A stretch of DNA of 60,201 nucleotides from assembly GCA_913051705.1 (NCBI GenBank), contig CAJXCW010000003.1, positions 1-60,201 of the forward strand, read 5' to 3'. This document shows, piece after piece, positions 1 through 9,719 of this stretch. Position 1 is the first letter of the stretch. Each line of letters opens with the position of its first letter. The translations under genes were made by a program, and so were the position numbers. Under the pieces are notes generated by a model. That model worked only from the letters and a program-made list of their open reading frames with translations, was not told where the DNA came from and made no database searches. This DNA is from an uncultured bacterium. GTDB taxonomy: Bacteria; JAAXHH01.

Positions 1-248
1 CTGCGTTCAATGACTATGTGGACCGCGCGGCCCATGAGCTTGATCCGGAGAAGCGCCTGGCCATGTACGACCAGGCGGAAGGCATCCTGTCCGAAGAAGT
101 CGGCGGCATATTTCTCTATCATCGATATGCCTTCGACTTGAGGAAGCCCTGGCTGAAAGGAATCAAACAAGATCGAATGGGCTATTATCCGTATCTTGAA
201 CATAATTCGAATGTGTGGTTCGATCTGTATATTGGTGCAACTGATTGA
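1..248 (+). CDS. 3' end of an ABC transporter substrate-binding protein, family 5 (peptide/opine/nickel type); gene starts before the window
   Basis: The C-terminal tail ...AEGILSEEVGGIFLYHRYAFDLRKPWLKGIKQDRMGYYPYLEHNSNVWFDLYIGATD aligns with the C-termini of the four complete family-5 SBPs in this window (AERILAED(V/A)GG.FL.H...RKPWV.G...D..G.YP...N..S.SDIYI). The frame is open from nt 3. Confidence 0.6.
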   Translation, partial: AFNDYVDRAAHELDPEKRLAMYDQAEGILSEEVGGIFLYHRYAFDLRKPWLKGIKQDRMGYYPYLEHNSNVWFDLYIGATD

Positions 249-639
249 AATAAATATAATTTATATTTGTGCCTGTTTGGAAAAGCTAACAATCAGCTTA
301 TCGCCTGCTGAAACGCGGGACATCGCGTTGTCATTTCAAAGGGCCGGTCTCCGGCCGCCGTAGCAGGTGATCCTTCCGGATCTTAGGGAAAGATCTGTAT
401 TCCGTTTTCCATGAAAACCTGAAAGAAGGAACTTCTTGGTAAGATCTAATCGGTTGTCACGAGCAGGCCGCATGGATTGAGGAAGGTGTTATGCAAAGAT
501 CGATAGTCGCTTATTATTATGGTAGGGCTTCCGGTGGGATGCGAATTACCAGCTATCCCATTTGATGACTGGCCCGATTTCGGAACTGGCCCGCAGAACG
601 CCTTGATTCATCTGATCTACATTTTGAGGAGACATTATC

Positions 640-801
640 TTGAAGACAATACAACTCCTCATGGTCATATTTATAGCCCTTTTTTCTTATGGTGCCGGAT
701 GGAACACCGTAATCGCCGATAAGGCCAACGGTCCTGATTTGACATGCTTGTTCGGTGCAGCTGCATTATGCACCGTTTCATGCTCCTTTGATCGTCGCTA
801 A
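640..801 (+). CDS. Possible small secreted Cys-containing peptide (46-53 aa; TTG start at 640 or ATG at 661)
   Basis: A GAGGAG SD lies at 626-631, 8 nt upstream of the TTG. The product is KTIQLLMVIFIALFSYGAGW (hydrophobic signal- or TM-like) followed by NTVIADKANGPDLTCLFGAAALCTVSCSFDRR. It is not in the 6-frame track because it is below the length cutoff, and there is no homology evidence. Confidence 0.2.
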   Translation: MKTIQLLMVIFIALFSYGAGWNTVIADKANGPDLTCLFGAAALCTVSCSFDRR

Positions 802-1123
802 ACTCTGCGATGTGCGTGGTGGCTCTAATCTGAGTACGGCCGGGTAGGCCCGTGTGCTATCCCGCCCCGGCATCACGGAGGACTTCTGCCGTGACAGGAC
901 GAAGTTATAAACAAAAAGTGCATCTCGGCATCCCGATGTTAGCTGACCGTCAGCCAACCCTTTTTGTGGTTGGATGCCACATGTACGCGCTATGCCATTT
1001 CCTGTTACGCACCATGCATGGAAATGCCTTATATTGATTTCAACTGGTTTATCACACACTATTGAACGTGTGGTTCGATATGTATAATGGCGAATGATGA
1101 GTTAGCGACAGGAGGGGGCTATA

Positions 1124-2038
1124 ATGATTTGGGGTGCCCAGAGTGAATTCGGGTTTATGAAGCAGGTGTTGATGTTCCGGCCGGGGGATGAAGTGGGCAT
1201 GGTCGATCGGTATGGTCCGGAGTCGATGGATTATCGGCAGCCGGTGTCTATTGCTAAATTTCAGGATGAGTTTGATCAACTTGCCGCTGCGTTTACTGCT
1301 GAAGGGTGCCGGATAGAGCTGGTGAATGATATCCTGAAGGATGATGCTGATGTACAACGGTATATCTCGCGCCGTCCCAATATGGTCTTTACCCGTGATC
1401 TGGCCGCAGTGACCTATGGCGGCGCCATTATCTCCCGGATGGCCCGGAAGACGCGTCGAGGGGATACGTTTGTGATTAAACGGGCGTTGGAACGGCTGGG
1501 CGTGCCGATCTTAACAGAGATCCACCTTCCCGGCACGGTGGAGGGCGGCGATTATATTTTTCTCGATGAAAAGACCCTTGCCATGGGATGGGGCACCAGG
1601 ACCAATGAGGCCGGCATTGATCAGGTACGAAATGTCCTGCTTGGTAAATATATCGACGAACTGGTCGTCGTCTCGATGAAATATGACGCGACACATCTGG
1701 ACGGTTTACTCATGATGGTGGATCATAAATTAGCTGTGGGAAATAGTCATGATCTGAATATGTATCCGACCACGGTTTATCGGGTTGGTCAGGAACCAAG
1801 GCACATTTTTATAGATGATTATTTCGAGGAAAAAGAGATTGAGTTTATGGAAGGTAAAGCCAATTTCGGGATCAAGCCCGGGGTATTATTAAATGTGAAA
1901 ATGGTCTATGAAACGACCGTTGAGCTGGAAAAGCGTGGGTATAAAGTCTATGAGATCGACGGTGAAATGCACTGGCGTGCCGGTTCCGCCCCGCATTGTC
2001 TGACCTGCCCGTTGGTGAGAGACCGGGTAGGGCAGTAG
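1124..2038 (+). CDS. Amidinotransferase-fold enzyme (DDAH / arginine deiminase-like guanidino-group-modifying superfamily)
   Basis: 304 aa with a C-terminal catalytic-Cys context (...EMHWRAGSAPHCLTCPL) and His/Asp-containing segments typical of the DDAH/ADI fold. A GGAGGGGG SD precedes the ATG. Confidence 0.55.
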   Translation: MIWGAQSEFGFMKQVLMFRPGDEVGMVDRYGPESMDYRQPVSIAKFQDEFDQLAAAFTAEGCRIELVNDILKDDADVQRYISRRPNMVFTRDLAAVTYGGAIISRMARKTRRGDTFVIKRALERLGVPILTEIHLPGTVEGGDYIFLDEKTLAMGWGTRTNEAGIDQVRNVLLGKYIDELVVVSMKYDATHLDGLLMMVDHKLAVGNSHDLNMYPTTVYRVGQEPRHIFIDDYFEEKEIEFMEGKANFGIKPGVLLNVKMVYETTVELEKRGYKVYEIDGEMHWRAGSAPHCLTCPLVRDRVGQ

Positions 2039-2095
2039 GCAGAAAGCAGTAGGCGGTTGGCGGGTCTTTCTGAAGACATAATGAGTATAAATAAT

Positions 2096-2134
2096 AAAAA
2101 CCGCACCTTCATTTTGCCACAGGTGCGGTTTTCT
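2096..2134. terminator. Bidirectional rho-independent terminator between convergent genes
   Basis: AAAAACCGCACCT-tcattttgccac-AGGTGCGGTTTT: a 9-bp perfect stem flanked by an A-run and a T-run. Confidence 0.7.
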
Positions 2135-2159
2135 ATTACCAGAGTTCGCCGGATCATCG

Positions 2160-2981
2160 CTATGGGGCTGACTGGCGCAGTGCAGCGCTCTCACTGAAAT
2201 CAAGAATGCCTTTGATATACCCTAATTCCGTATCAATAGGCGCTTTCTCCGCACGAATCTGCCGCCGGTTGAAGTAGTGGGCCAATCCACGCAGGTCTTT
2301 GTATGCTTTGTCGATCCTGACTCGGATGGTATTCTTGATAGGCATTTCGGGCATCATTTCCTGTTGGGCATACAGATCTTCTATGAGTTGATGGGCGTCT
2401 ACGAGGGACTCTTTCTCTGTCTGGCGCAGATAAAACGCCCGGGAATGACATGGTCCACAGGTATTTTCTTCGAGCGAGACCAGATCCATGTTGACTTCCT
2501 GCACCTCGTGGCTGCCGTGGCAGGTGACGCAGTTCGGTTCCCATCCTTCATCCGGAAAATCTTCCGTATGGATGTTGGCCTCATTGACAGAATAGGCCGA
2601 TTCGTGGCAGCTTGGGCCGCAGAAATTAGGGACACCCTCCGGACTTGGATCCGATTTAAAACCGTACTCTTCTCCCATGGATACAGTCAGGATGGTGCTC
2701 ATCGGATTTCCGCCATGACACGAATCACAGAAGACGCCGGCGCGAAAATGAACGCTACCGCGCCATTCGGCCACCTGCTCAGAGAGCCGTTCCCCCAGCC
2801 TTTGATGGCACATACTACACGTCTCAAAGAAAGGGCCGTCAAGTTTTTGCCAGCTCTCGGAGCCCTGAGCGTACGACGGGCCCTCCACTTCCTGAACTTC
2901 TTCCTGCGCCCGGGCTGTTCCGATGCACAAGCTCAGCGTCGCCACAACAATGGTTACATAACACCAATAGTTCATTTTCAT
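2160..2981 (-). CDS. Multiheme (penta-heme) c-type cytochrome, signal peptide
   Basis: N-terminal signal peptide. Heme motifs are CSMCH, CDSCH, CVTCH and CGPCH, plus an atypical CGPSCH (CX3CH). It is the last gene of the dehydrogenase/cytochrome operon. Confidence 0.75.
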   Translation of the reverse strand: MKMNYWCYVTIVVATLSLCIGTARAQEEVQEVEGPSYAQGSESWQKLDGPFFETCSMCHQRLGERLSEQVAEWRGSVHFRAGVFCDSCHGGNPMSTILTVSMGEEYGFKSDPSPEGVPNFCGPSCHESAYSVNEANIHTEDFPDEGWEPNCVTCHGSHEVQEVNMDLVSLEENTCGPCHSRAFYLRQTEKESLVDAHQLIEDLYAQQEMMPEMPIKNTIRVRIDKAYKDLRGLAHYFNRRQIRAEKAPIDTELGYIKGILDFSESAALRQSAP

Positions 2982-2996
2982 TCCCGAGGATTCCCC

Positions 2997-4643
2997 CTAT
3001 CCAATCGTTCCTTTTTTCATTTCCTCTATGATGTAGTCGCTTGCACGGAAAGCCAGCGCCTGAATCGTCAGCGTCGGGTTGCTCTTGCCCGATGTAACGA
3101 AACAACTTCCATCAACAACGAATAGATTCTTCACATTATGGGCTTGATTAAACTTGTTCAACACCGATGTTTCCGGATCGTCACCCATACGGCAGGTTCC
3201 CATCAGATGGGCATCGCCTCTCGGGACGCTGTTCCGACCGGACAAGACCTGCCTGGCGCCTGCCGTTTCGAGTAATTCTTTGGCACGATCTCTGAAAAAA
3301 TCACCCAGCTTATGTTCATTCGGATGGACATCGTACGTCACGCGAGGTACCGCCAACCCCCACTTGTCTTTCACATTGGGATCGAGATCGAGCACGTTTC
3401 TTTCCTGAGATAACGATTCCATACTCGTTACCACCATCATATTTTTGTTCCAGTTATCCATGATCCACTTCTTGCGTTTCGGACCCCAGCTCAAGACGCG
3501 CGGCACGTTCATTCTCGAAAAATTAATGGTGCTGCCGTCCCCACGCGGCTCCAGGACGCCACCACCGTAGAACCCGTATTTATCCGGATTCGGTTCGTAG
3601 AAGTCCTGGATAACCCTGGTGTCCATCACGCCCTGATATTCATTAAGGTCTTTATCAAAGAAGGCGCGCACCACCTGGTAATAGTTGAACATGAGATGTT
3701 TGCCGACTCTCCCGCTTCGATTGGCCAGCCCATCCGGAAACGCGGGTGACTGCGACATCTGAAGTAACCGTGGCGACATAACCCCGTTGCCGCACAGCAC
3801 GACGACACGCGATGACAGTTTCACCTCGTTGAGCTTTTCATCAAGATAAATGACCCCATTTGCAAGGCCGTTCTCATCCACCGTAATTTCTCGGACACAG
3901 GCGTTTGAGCGCAGTTCACAATTGCCGGATTTCATCGCCTTCGGCACCATGTTTACCAGGGTGCTCGATTTTGCTTCCATCGTACATCCATATCCTTCGC
4001 AGAATCCGCAGTCCATGCACTTTGCCCGGCCATCGTAGTTCTCGGTTAAGATGGCCATCGGGGTTGGATACGAGTGCCATCCGAGTTTTTTGGCCGCGTC
4101 ATCCGAAATGGCCCCCGAGGCCTTGCGGGTGACCGGCGGCATAGGATACGCTCTTCGCCTCGGCGAGTCGAACGGGTTAGCACCGGCCAGACCGGAGACG
4201 CCGATTTCGTATTCTGCTTTTTCGTAGTAGGGTTCGAGATCCCAGTAATCTAAAGGCCAGTCACGAACGTCAGCCCCTTCAACAGCGCCGAACGAGCTCC
4301 GCTCTTTAAAATCCGATTCGTGGAAACGCCAGGATATACCTGTGTAATGAATGGTCGAACCACCAACGTTGGCCTGCATGTTGATTGAATACATGGGCGC
4401 TGCATCCTCGTCCGCCATTTGCCGATAGGTGTTCGGTTGGTCGTATTTGATTAAGCCCCGCAAATGATGGCACTTTAACTCATCCTGCACGTAGTCACGC
4501 GTCTTGAGCCAGGGCCCCATCTCCAGCGCGACGACCTTCAGCCCCCGTGTGGCCAACTCTTTCATCACGACACCACCGGCGGCGCCGGTTCCGATAACGA
4601 TGACGTCCGGGTTTTCAATTCTGGGATTAGGTAAATGTGGCAT
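2997..4643 (-). CDS. GMC-family FAD-dependent oxidoreductase (dehydrogenase large subunit)
   Basis: N-terminal FAD-binding fingerprint VIVIGTGAAGGVVMKELATRGLKVVALEMG and GMC length (548 aa). GAGGG SD, ATG start. Confidence 0.85.
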   Translation of the reverse strand: MPHLPNPRIENPDVIVIGTGAAGGVVMKELATRGLKVVALEMGPWLKTRDYVQDELKCHHLRGLIKYDQPNTYRQMADEDAAPMYSINMQANVGGSTIHYTGISWRFHESDFKERSSFGAVEGADVRDWPLDYWDLEPYYEKAEYEIGVSGLAGANPFDSPRRRAYPMPPVTRKASGAISDDAAKKLGWHSYPTPMAILTENYDGRAKCMDCGFCEGYGCTMEAKSSTLVNMVPKAMKSGNCELRSNACVREITVDENGLANGVIYLDEKLNEVKLSSRVVVLCGNGVMSPRLLQMSQSPAFPDGLANRSGRVGKHLMFNYYQVVRAFFDKDLNEYQGVMDTRVIQDFYEPNPDKYGFYGGGVLEPRGDGSTINFSRMNVPRVLSWGPKRKKWIMDNWNKNMMVVTSMESLSQERNVLDLDPNVKDKWGLAVPRVTYDVHPNEHKLGDFFRDRAKELLETAGARQVLSGRNSVPRGDAHLMGTCRMGDDPETSVLNKFNQAHNVKNLFVVDGSCFVTSGKSNPTLTIQALAFRASDYIIEEMKKGTIG

Positions 4644-4694
4644 GTGTAGCCCTCATGAACTTTGATTAATCTTTAGATGATGTACGAGAAGTTG

Positions 4695-5345
4695 CTATCC
4701 GGTATAGGGCTCGAACGGAGGATATTCGATCTCAGGCATAGTGGCGTCATAGTACCCGAATGGGGCATCATATCCGAAGGCTTTCAACCCTGGGAAATTC
4801 AGTAACTTCCAGCCTATATCGTTGTAGTTACCACCGTATTGCGGATCTGTAAACATCCCCTCCATGGTATGCCCGATCACATGACGCAGCCAGGTACGGG
4901 GGGGCATATCCGCGTCGGATGGCCAATCAGCCGGCGTCCGGCGTCTGTCCATGGCCGATACAACTTTATTCTGTAGTTCCACAGTTAGTTCGACGAACGG
5001 GGCACCCTGTGCCGCGGTGGCAAACTGATCCAGCCACACCAGTCCCTTATCGTAAATTTCTTTTTCCTCGGCAAGGTGCGTTTTCAGCGACCGGTCGATA
5101 TAGGTGACCACGTGGGCATCTGTTGCGCCGGGTCCGTTTTCATCTGCGGGGAAGATGCATTCGGCCAGTGCTTCCACCGTCAGCCCCTGATGCGTCGTAA
5201 ACGATTCGAACTCACGCGTTTCCTGCGTGTCCTGGGATTTTAAACGCCCGGGCGTACCGATCATACTCAGAGAAATAATGCCACCCGTGGCTATGGCCGA
5301 TCGGGACAAAAATGTTCGGCGTGAGAGATTCGATTTTTTGCTCAT
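4695..5345 (-). CDS. Gluconate-2-dehydrogenase subunit-3-like small subunit with twin-arginine (Tat) signal
   Basis: MSKKSNLSRRTFLSRSAIATGG has the Tat motif SRRTFL. Size (~216 aa) and position, immediately upstream of the GMC flavoprotein, match three-subunit membrane-bound FAD sugar/polyol dehydrogenases. GGAGG SD. Confidence 0.7.
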   Translation of the reverse strand: MSKKSNLSRRTFLSRSAIATGGIISLSMIGTPGRLKSQDTQETREFESFTTHQGLTVEALAECIFPADENGPGATDAHVVTYIDRSLKTHLAEEKEIYDKGLVWLDQFATAAQGAPFVELTVELQNKVVSAMDRRRTPADWPSDADMPPRTWLRHVIGHTMEGMFTDPQYGGNYNDIGWKLLNFPGLKAFGYDAPFGYYDATMPEIEYPPFEPYTG

Positions 5346-5434
5346 GATAAATAACCTCCGGGATCGTAGGAACCCGATGCTTTCACAATATATTTTTGAT
5401 TCGGGGCGGAATTAATACAGGATAGCGGAAACTT

Positions 5435-5641
5435 CTACTCGTCTCTCTTTCCCCACACCAACAAAAGCACGTAATAGAGCACCCCCATGGCCAAACATCC
5501 ACCGCCGAATGTCATGTACCAGATTATCGATGTCGGGTGAGACCAGAACATGGTCAATAATTCGATGGTCAGGCCGAGCAGCACCAGCCCGCCGGCTACG
5601 CGTATACCGCGGTCGAAGGGCATAAGGAGTGAGGATATCAT
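5435..5641 (-). CDS. Small hydrophobic membrane protein (2 TM), hypothetical
   Basis: 68 aa and strongly hydrophobic. Its start overlaps the stop of the upstream cytochrome gene (ATGA-type coupling). Confidence 0.4.
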   Translation of the reverse strand: MISSLLMPFDRGIRVAGGLVLLGLTIELLTMFWSHPTSIIWYMTFGGGCLAMGVLYYVLLLVWGKRDE

Positions 5642-6294
5642 CAGTTTGTGGTCTCCTGCCAGAATTCATCCGGCTCGTAATCATCCAGTTCCTCTATATT
5701 GTGCTGTATATCGTGGCATTTACTTTCCATGCAAGAGAGGACGTTGGTATTGATTCTGGTCAGCATATCCGCTTCTTTCCTATGATGCCGGCTTTCCTCA
5801 TAGCTCCGGGCGTCCTGATGACACTGCAGACATTCGCGGTTGTTGTAGGGTTCGTACAGTTTAATATCCTTTGGCTCCGGCGTATCCCCGATATACTGAA
5901 CATACACATGTTTAAGACCACGTATCTTGGCCGTGATCCCTCCGTACCATACCTGATCGGAATGGCAAACATAACATGATCTATCCTGGGATACGAGGTA
6001 ATTCTGAAAATGATCGGCGGGAACAAACTCGTTGTCATCAACGTGGAGGCTTTTGCCCCAGTCGTCCATGATGTGGCACGACAGGCAATATTCTGTAGTC
6101 GTGGCATGATCACTCTGAATGATACCTCCCATCAGACCGACCGAGATCGGCAAGAGGAAGAGCGCACAGAAACCAACGATCTGCCCGCCTCCATCTTTGA
6201 GGATCGAGGGCTTAATCATAACGAGACAGACCATTAACATCGCCAGCACGATGGGTATGACGATGATAGCTGTTGGAAGAGATGGTTCAGGCAT
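5641..6294 (-). CDS. NapC/NirT/NrfH-like membrane-anchored tetraheme cytochrome c (quinol dehydrogenase type)
   Basis: N-terminal TM helix. Heme motifs are CLSCH, CYVCH and CLQCH, plus an atypical CMESKCH (CX4CH). I prefer the ATG at 6294, which has an AAGGA SD 8 nt upstream, over the TTG at 6333 listed in the track. Confidence 0.7.
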   Translation of the reverse strand: MPEPSLPTAIIVIPIVLAMLMVCLVMIKPSILKDGGGQIVGFCALFLLPISVGLMGGIIQSDHATTTEYCLSCHIMDDWGKSLHVDDNEFVPADHFQNYLVSQDRSCYVCHSDQVWYGGITAKIRGLKHVYVQYIGDTPEPKDIKLYEPYNNRECLQCHQDARSYEESRHHRKEADMLTRINTNVLSCMESKCHDIQHNIEELDDYEPDEFWQETTN

Positions 6295-6316
6295 ACTGGT
6301 TATCCTTAGCGATTGA

Positions 6317-6727
6317 TTACTTCTTGGTTTCAACCTCGGTCTTCATCGAGACCAGCCAGTTCGTTAAGACCTCGAACTCTTCATCCGTGCCACGGAATTT
6401 TTTCTCGTGTTTCTCGCCGTTCTGCTTGTTCTTTTTCTTCAGATACAGCTTCAGCCAATCGATCTCGTGCACTAAACCGACGGCGGACAGATCCGGCGCA
6501 TCCTCATCGATCTCATCAGGCTCCAGGTCTCCGATATCCAGGTCGATTTTCGCTATCTGGACCGAATGACATCCCTGACACTCATGTTCAGTAAAAATAG
6601 CCACCGCCGTGGCCTGATCCTGATCCTGCGCAAGCGATATATCGGTTGAAAACATGCCCACGATGATAAATCCCAACACCGCTGCGGCGCTCGTTAACAT
6701 ACCAGTAAAAGCGACCGTCTTTTTCAT
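6317..6727 (-). CDS. Monoheme cytochrome c with signal peptide
   Basis: Signal peptide, a single CQGCH motif, and an acidic/lysine-rich C-terminus. AGGAG SD 6 nt upstream of the ATG. Confidence 0.6.
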   Translation of the reverse strand: MKKTVAFTGMLTSAAAVLGFIIVGMFSTDISLAQDQDQATAVAIFTEHECQGCHSVQIAKIDLDIGDLEPDEIDEDAPDLSAVGLVHEIDWLKLYLKKKNKQNGEKHEKKFRGTDEEFEVLTNWLVSMKTEVETKK

Positions 6728-6986
6728 CGTTGCTCCTAATAATATTTTGGTTCTGTTCGCTCAGATCTGATATTTGCTTATACGCTGATTTGCGGCATTT
6801 GGTTTCACTGGAAGCTGATACACAATATAGACCGAGCGGATATGTGAGACAAGGTTTTTTTTCCCGATTCGGTGTCGTCCTGGAAAGCGTGAATCTCAAG
6901 CCACTGCAGGGCCTGAAATCAGCCTCCCAGGACAGACCCCGTTCATCGATAGGACATCCGCCCGATCCGCCTTATCCGCATAAAAA

Positions 6987-8252
6987 CTAACTCGCCTTAC
7001 CGAGAATATCTTTCAGTTCGCTGATGAAGACTTCGAGTTCATCCGGTTTGCCGATAGATACTCGGATGTGGTTATTCAGCAGGTTATGTTCCCGAGTTCT
7101 GTAACCGCCACCACTGCGGATGCTTACGCCACGTTTCCTCATTTCGGTCGACATACGCCGACTGTCCCGGCCTATATTTACGATCATAAAGTTACCATGA
7201 CTCGGCGTATATTCGAGGCCCATCTTATCGAACTCGGCTATCAGGTAATCTTTGCCGTCGTTGGTCACCTTTCTGGTCATAGCGACGAATTCATGATCAT
7301 CCAACGCCGCTGCCGCTGCATGCGTACTCAACGAGGTCAGCCCGCCACCGAAGCCCTGCTGCAACATCATGCGGTCCAGTAACGGCCTGTTGGTAATGGC
7401 GTATCCGATCCGCATACCGGCCAGACCGTAGATTTTGGAGAAGGTGCGGGTCACGACCACATTATTGCGTTCCAGCGCCAGCGAAATGGCATCCTGATAA
7501 CCCTCTTCGCGAACGAAATGGATATAGGCTTCGTCAATCAGGATGGTTACATGTTCGGGTATCGATTCCACAAACGTCTTCAAAGTGTCGTAAGGGATGA
7601 TCGTACCCGTCGGGTTATTCGGATTGGTGATGGTCATGATGGTCGTCTTCGGTGTCACGGCGGCCTTCATGGCATCGAGATCGTGGGTGAAATCCCCTGT
7701 GGTAGGCACACGGATCACCTTAACGTTCTGTCCCGACATCTGATAGCCCTGGAACGCACGGGAAATCTGACCATACCCCGGTACGGCTTCAATACATTCA
7801 CCGGTGCCGTCTCCAATAGCCATGACGCCAAGCACTTGGAGGATCGGCCCCGAACCGGCTGAGACCATAATCCGGTTTACCTCACGAAATTTCATGAAGG
7901 ATGCCATGTCTTCGAAATCTATCTTGAAATCTTCACCCATATTAATGCCATGAGCCTGATGCAGTTTTAACGGCAGGTCGAAGCTGAACGAATACCGATT
8001 GATTTCATGCAGATGTTTGGTAATCGCTTCAACAGCTCTCGGGGAGGCACCGAGGGGGTTTTCATTGGAACTGATCTGAACCCGCCCCGCCGGGACGCCG
8101 TAACCACGGATATCCGATGCCTTTTTACCGGCAGCCAGTGCCTCGGCGATGTTGAAATGGGAACTGGCCGCAACAGCCCCTGCGCCTGCCAAGGCACCTT
8201 TCATGAAACGACGACGTGAAACACCACTGTTCAGTATATTTGCAAAATCCAT
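6987..8252 (-). CDS. Class I/II (HisC/CobD-like) PLP-dependent aminotransferase with Tat signal peptide
   Basis: SRRRFMKGALAGAGAVAASS is a canonical RRxFxK Tat motif. The SNENPLG motif and TFSKIYGLAGMRIGY (PLP-Lys region) are typical of histidinol-phosphate aminotransferase-like enzymes. GGAGG SD. Confidence 0.8.
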   Translation of the reverse strand: MDFANILNSGVSRRRFMKGALAGAGAVAASSHFNIAEALAAGKKASDIRGYGVPAGRVQISSNENPLGASPRAVEAITKHLHEINRYSFSFDLPLKLHQAHGINMGEDFKIDFEDMASFMKFREVNRIMVSAGSGPILQVLGVMAIGDGTGECIEAVPGYGQISRAFQGYQMSGQNVKVIRVPTTGDFTHDLDAMKAAVTPKTTIMTITNPNNPTGTIIPYDTLKTFVESIPEHVTILIDEAYIHFVREEGYQDAISLALERNNVVVTRTFSKIYGLAGMRIGYAITNRPLLDRMMLQQGFGGGLTSLSTHAAAAALDDHEFVAMTRKVTNDGKDYLIAEFDKMGLEYTPSHGNFMIVNIGRDSRRMSTEMRKRGVSIRSGGGYRTREHNLLNNHIRVSIGKPDELEVFISELKDILGKAS

Positions 8253-8699
8253 TCTTCATCCTCCAAAAAGGGTAGTACAAAATTCAAAAAACGAACAAAT
8301 AAAAACAGGTTGCTGCATATATAACCAGTATCCTGTATCCTACATCCTCATATCACATTAAACCTGCTGTATCATGCCTTAATTAATATCCAACTAAACG
8401 GTTCATTTATCCATAGGATATGATCCGCCCAAGGGAAGGCCCATGTCTGACGTTTCAGCTTTTCCCGCTTGTTACAAACGACCGGGGTCACCGAATTGTT
8501 CCACCAGTTCTTATTTAAACTCGATAAGCATACAAATCTCTTTCAGGAACCTTCAAAATATTAATGGTTTTTGGTGCTGTCGCCGCTTAATTCGGTCCGC
8601 AAGTTTGTTATTATGAATTGACGATTAAAACAGCCCCTTCTATATTTATACCAATTGGTGAACTGCGCTATCACTCGCTGGAGCCCGTAGGGATCAACA

Positions 8700-9719
8700 A
8701 TGGTGATGGCATGTGTCCTGTGGACACGATGCAAGCTCTTCGGGGTTAAAAATTTATATTCAATGCCTCATATCAAGCCCGAAAAACTAACTTCCGGAGA
8801 TACGATCGGCGTTATTGCTCCTGCCAGCAGACCGACGCATCCCAGTTCTTTAGATAATGGTATCCGTACACTCGAGTCCCTCGGATTCCAGGTGAAAATT
8901 GCCCCCCATGCTCTGGATCGGCACGGTTTTCTTGCGGGGACGGATATGGACCGTCTGTCGGACTTACATGCGATGTTTTCGGACCCGGAGGTGGATGGTA
9001 TTATCTGTTTGCGGGGCGGCTATGGTTCCGCCCGGCTCCTGCCCTACATCGATTTTGAATTGATTCGAACCCATCCGAAAGTATTTGTCGGCTATAGCGA
9101 TATTACGGTCTTGAACAATTCGTTCTATCAGAAGACCGGTCTGATCACATTCTGGGGACCGATGATATCCTCCGAGATGAGCCCGATTTTTGAACCATAT
9201 AACCAGCATGGATTATTAAAAGCGATCACGCGATCTGAACCCATAGGCCTTATTGAACATCCATCGGGTTTACCTCCCGTCCAAATTTTACACGCGGGAA
9301 AAGCAACCGGTCGTCTTATCGGCGGAACGCTTTCACTCCTATGTGCGGTTCTCGGCACCGCGTATGATATCGATTACGATGAGACTATTCTGTTTTTCGA
9401 GGAGGTCGGCGAAGAACCGCATCGTATTGATCGCATGTTGACCCAACTCCTCCAATCCGGAAAGCTGGACCATGTAAAGGGCATCGTCATCGGTGAATGC
9501 CCCGGATGTGAAAGCGCTCCCTATCGTCCAGCTTTTCCTTATGGTAATTTCAGCATCGAGGAGATTTTCGAGGATCGCCTGATTCCGCTCGATATTCCGA
9601 TTATTTATGGATCTTGCATCGGTCATGGCAGATACAAATCCACCCTGCCGATCGGCGTACAGGCTACGCTGGACGCCGATGCGGGCGAACTGATTATCGA
9701 TGAAGCAGGGGTAAGGTAG
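8700..9719 (+). CDS. LD-carboxypeptidase (peptidase S66, LdcA/MccF family)
   Basis: S66 length, N-terminal GDTIGVIAPAS motif and the family's Ser/Glu/His regions. The start is ambiguous between 8700 (AGGGA SD) and 8763. Confidence 0.75.
   Translation: MVMACVLWTRCKLFGVKNLYSMPHIKPEKLTSGDTIGVIAPASRPTHPSSLDNGIRTLESLGFQVKIAPHALDRHGFLAGTDMDRLSDLHAMFSDPEVDGIICLRGGYGSARLLPYIDFELIRTHPKVFVGYSDITVLNNSFYQKTGLITFWGPMISSEMSPIFEPYNQHGLLKAITRSEPIGLIEHPSGLPPVQILHAGKATGRLIGGTLSLLCAVLGTAYDIDYDETILFFEEVGEEPHRIDRMLTQLLQSGKLDHVKGIVIGECPGCESAPYRPAFPYGNFSIEEIFEDRLIPLDIPIIYGSCIGHGRYKSTLPIGVQATLDADAGELIIDEAGVR

Noticed and set aside
2277-3125. 282-aa plus-strand ORF
   Set aside because: Antisense to the multiheme cytochrome and the 3' end of the GMC gene. 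No motifs. It disrupts an otherwise tightly coupled operon.
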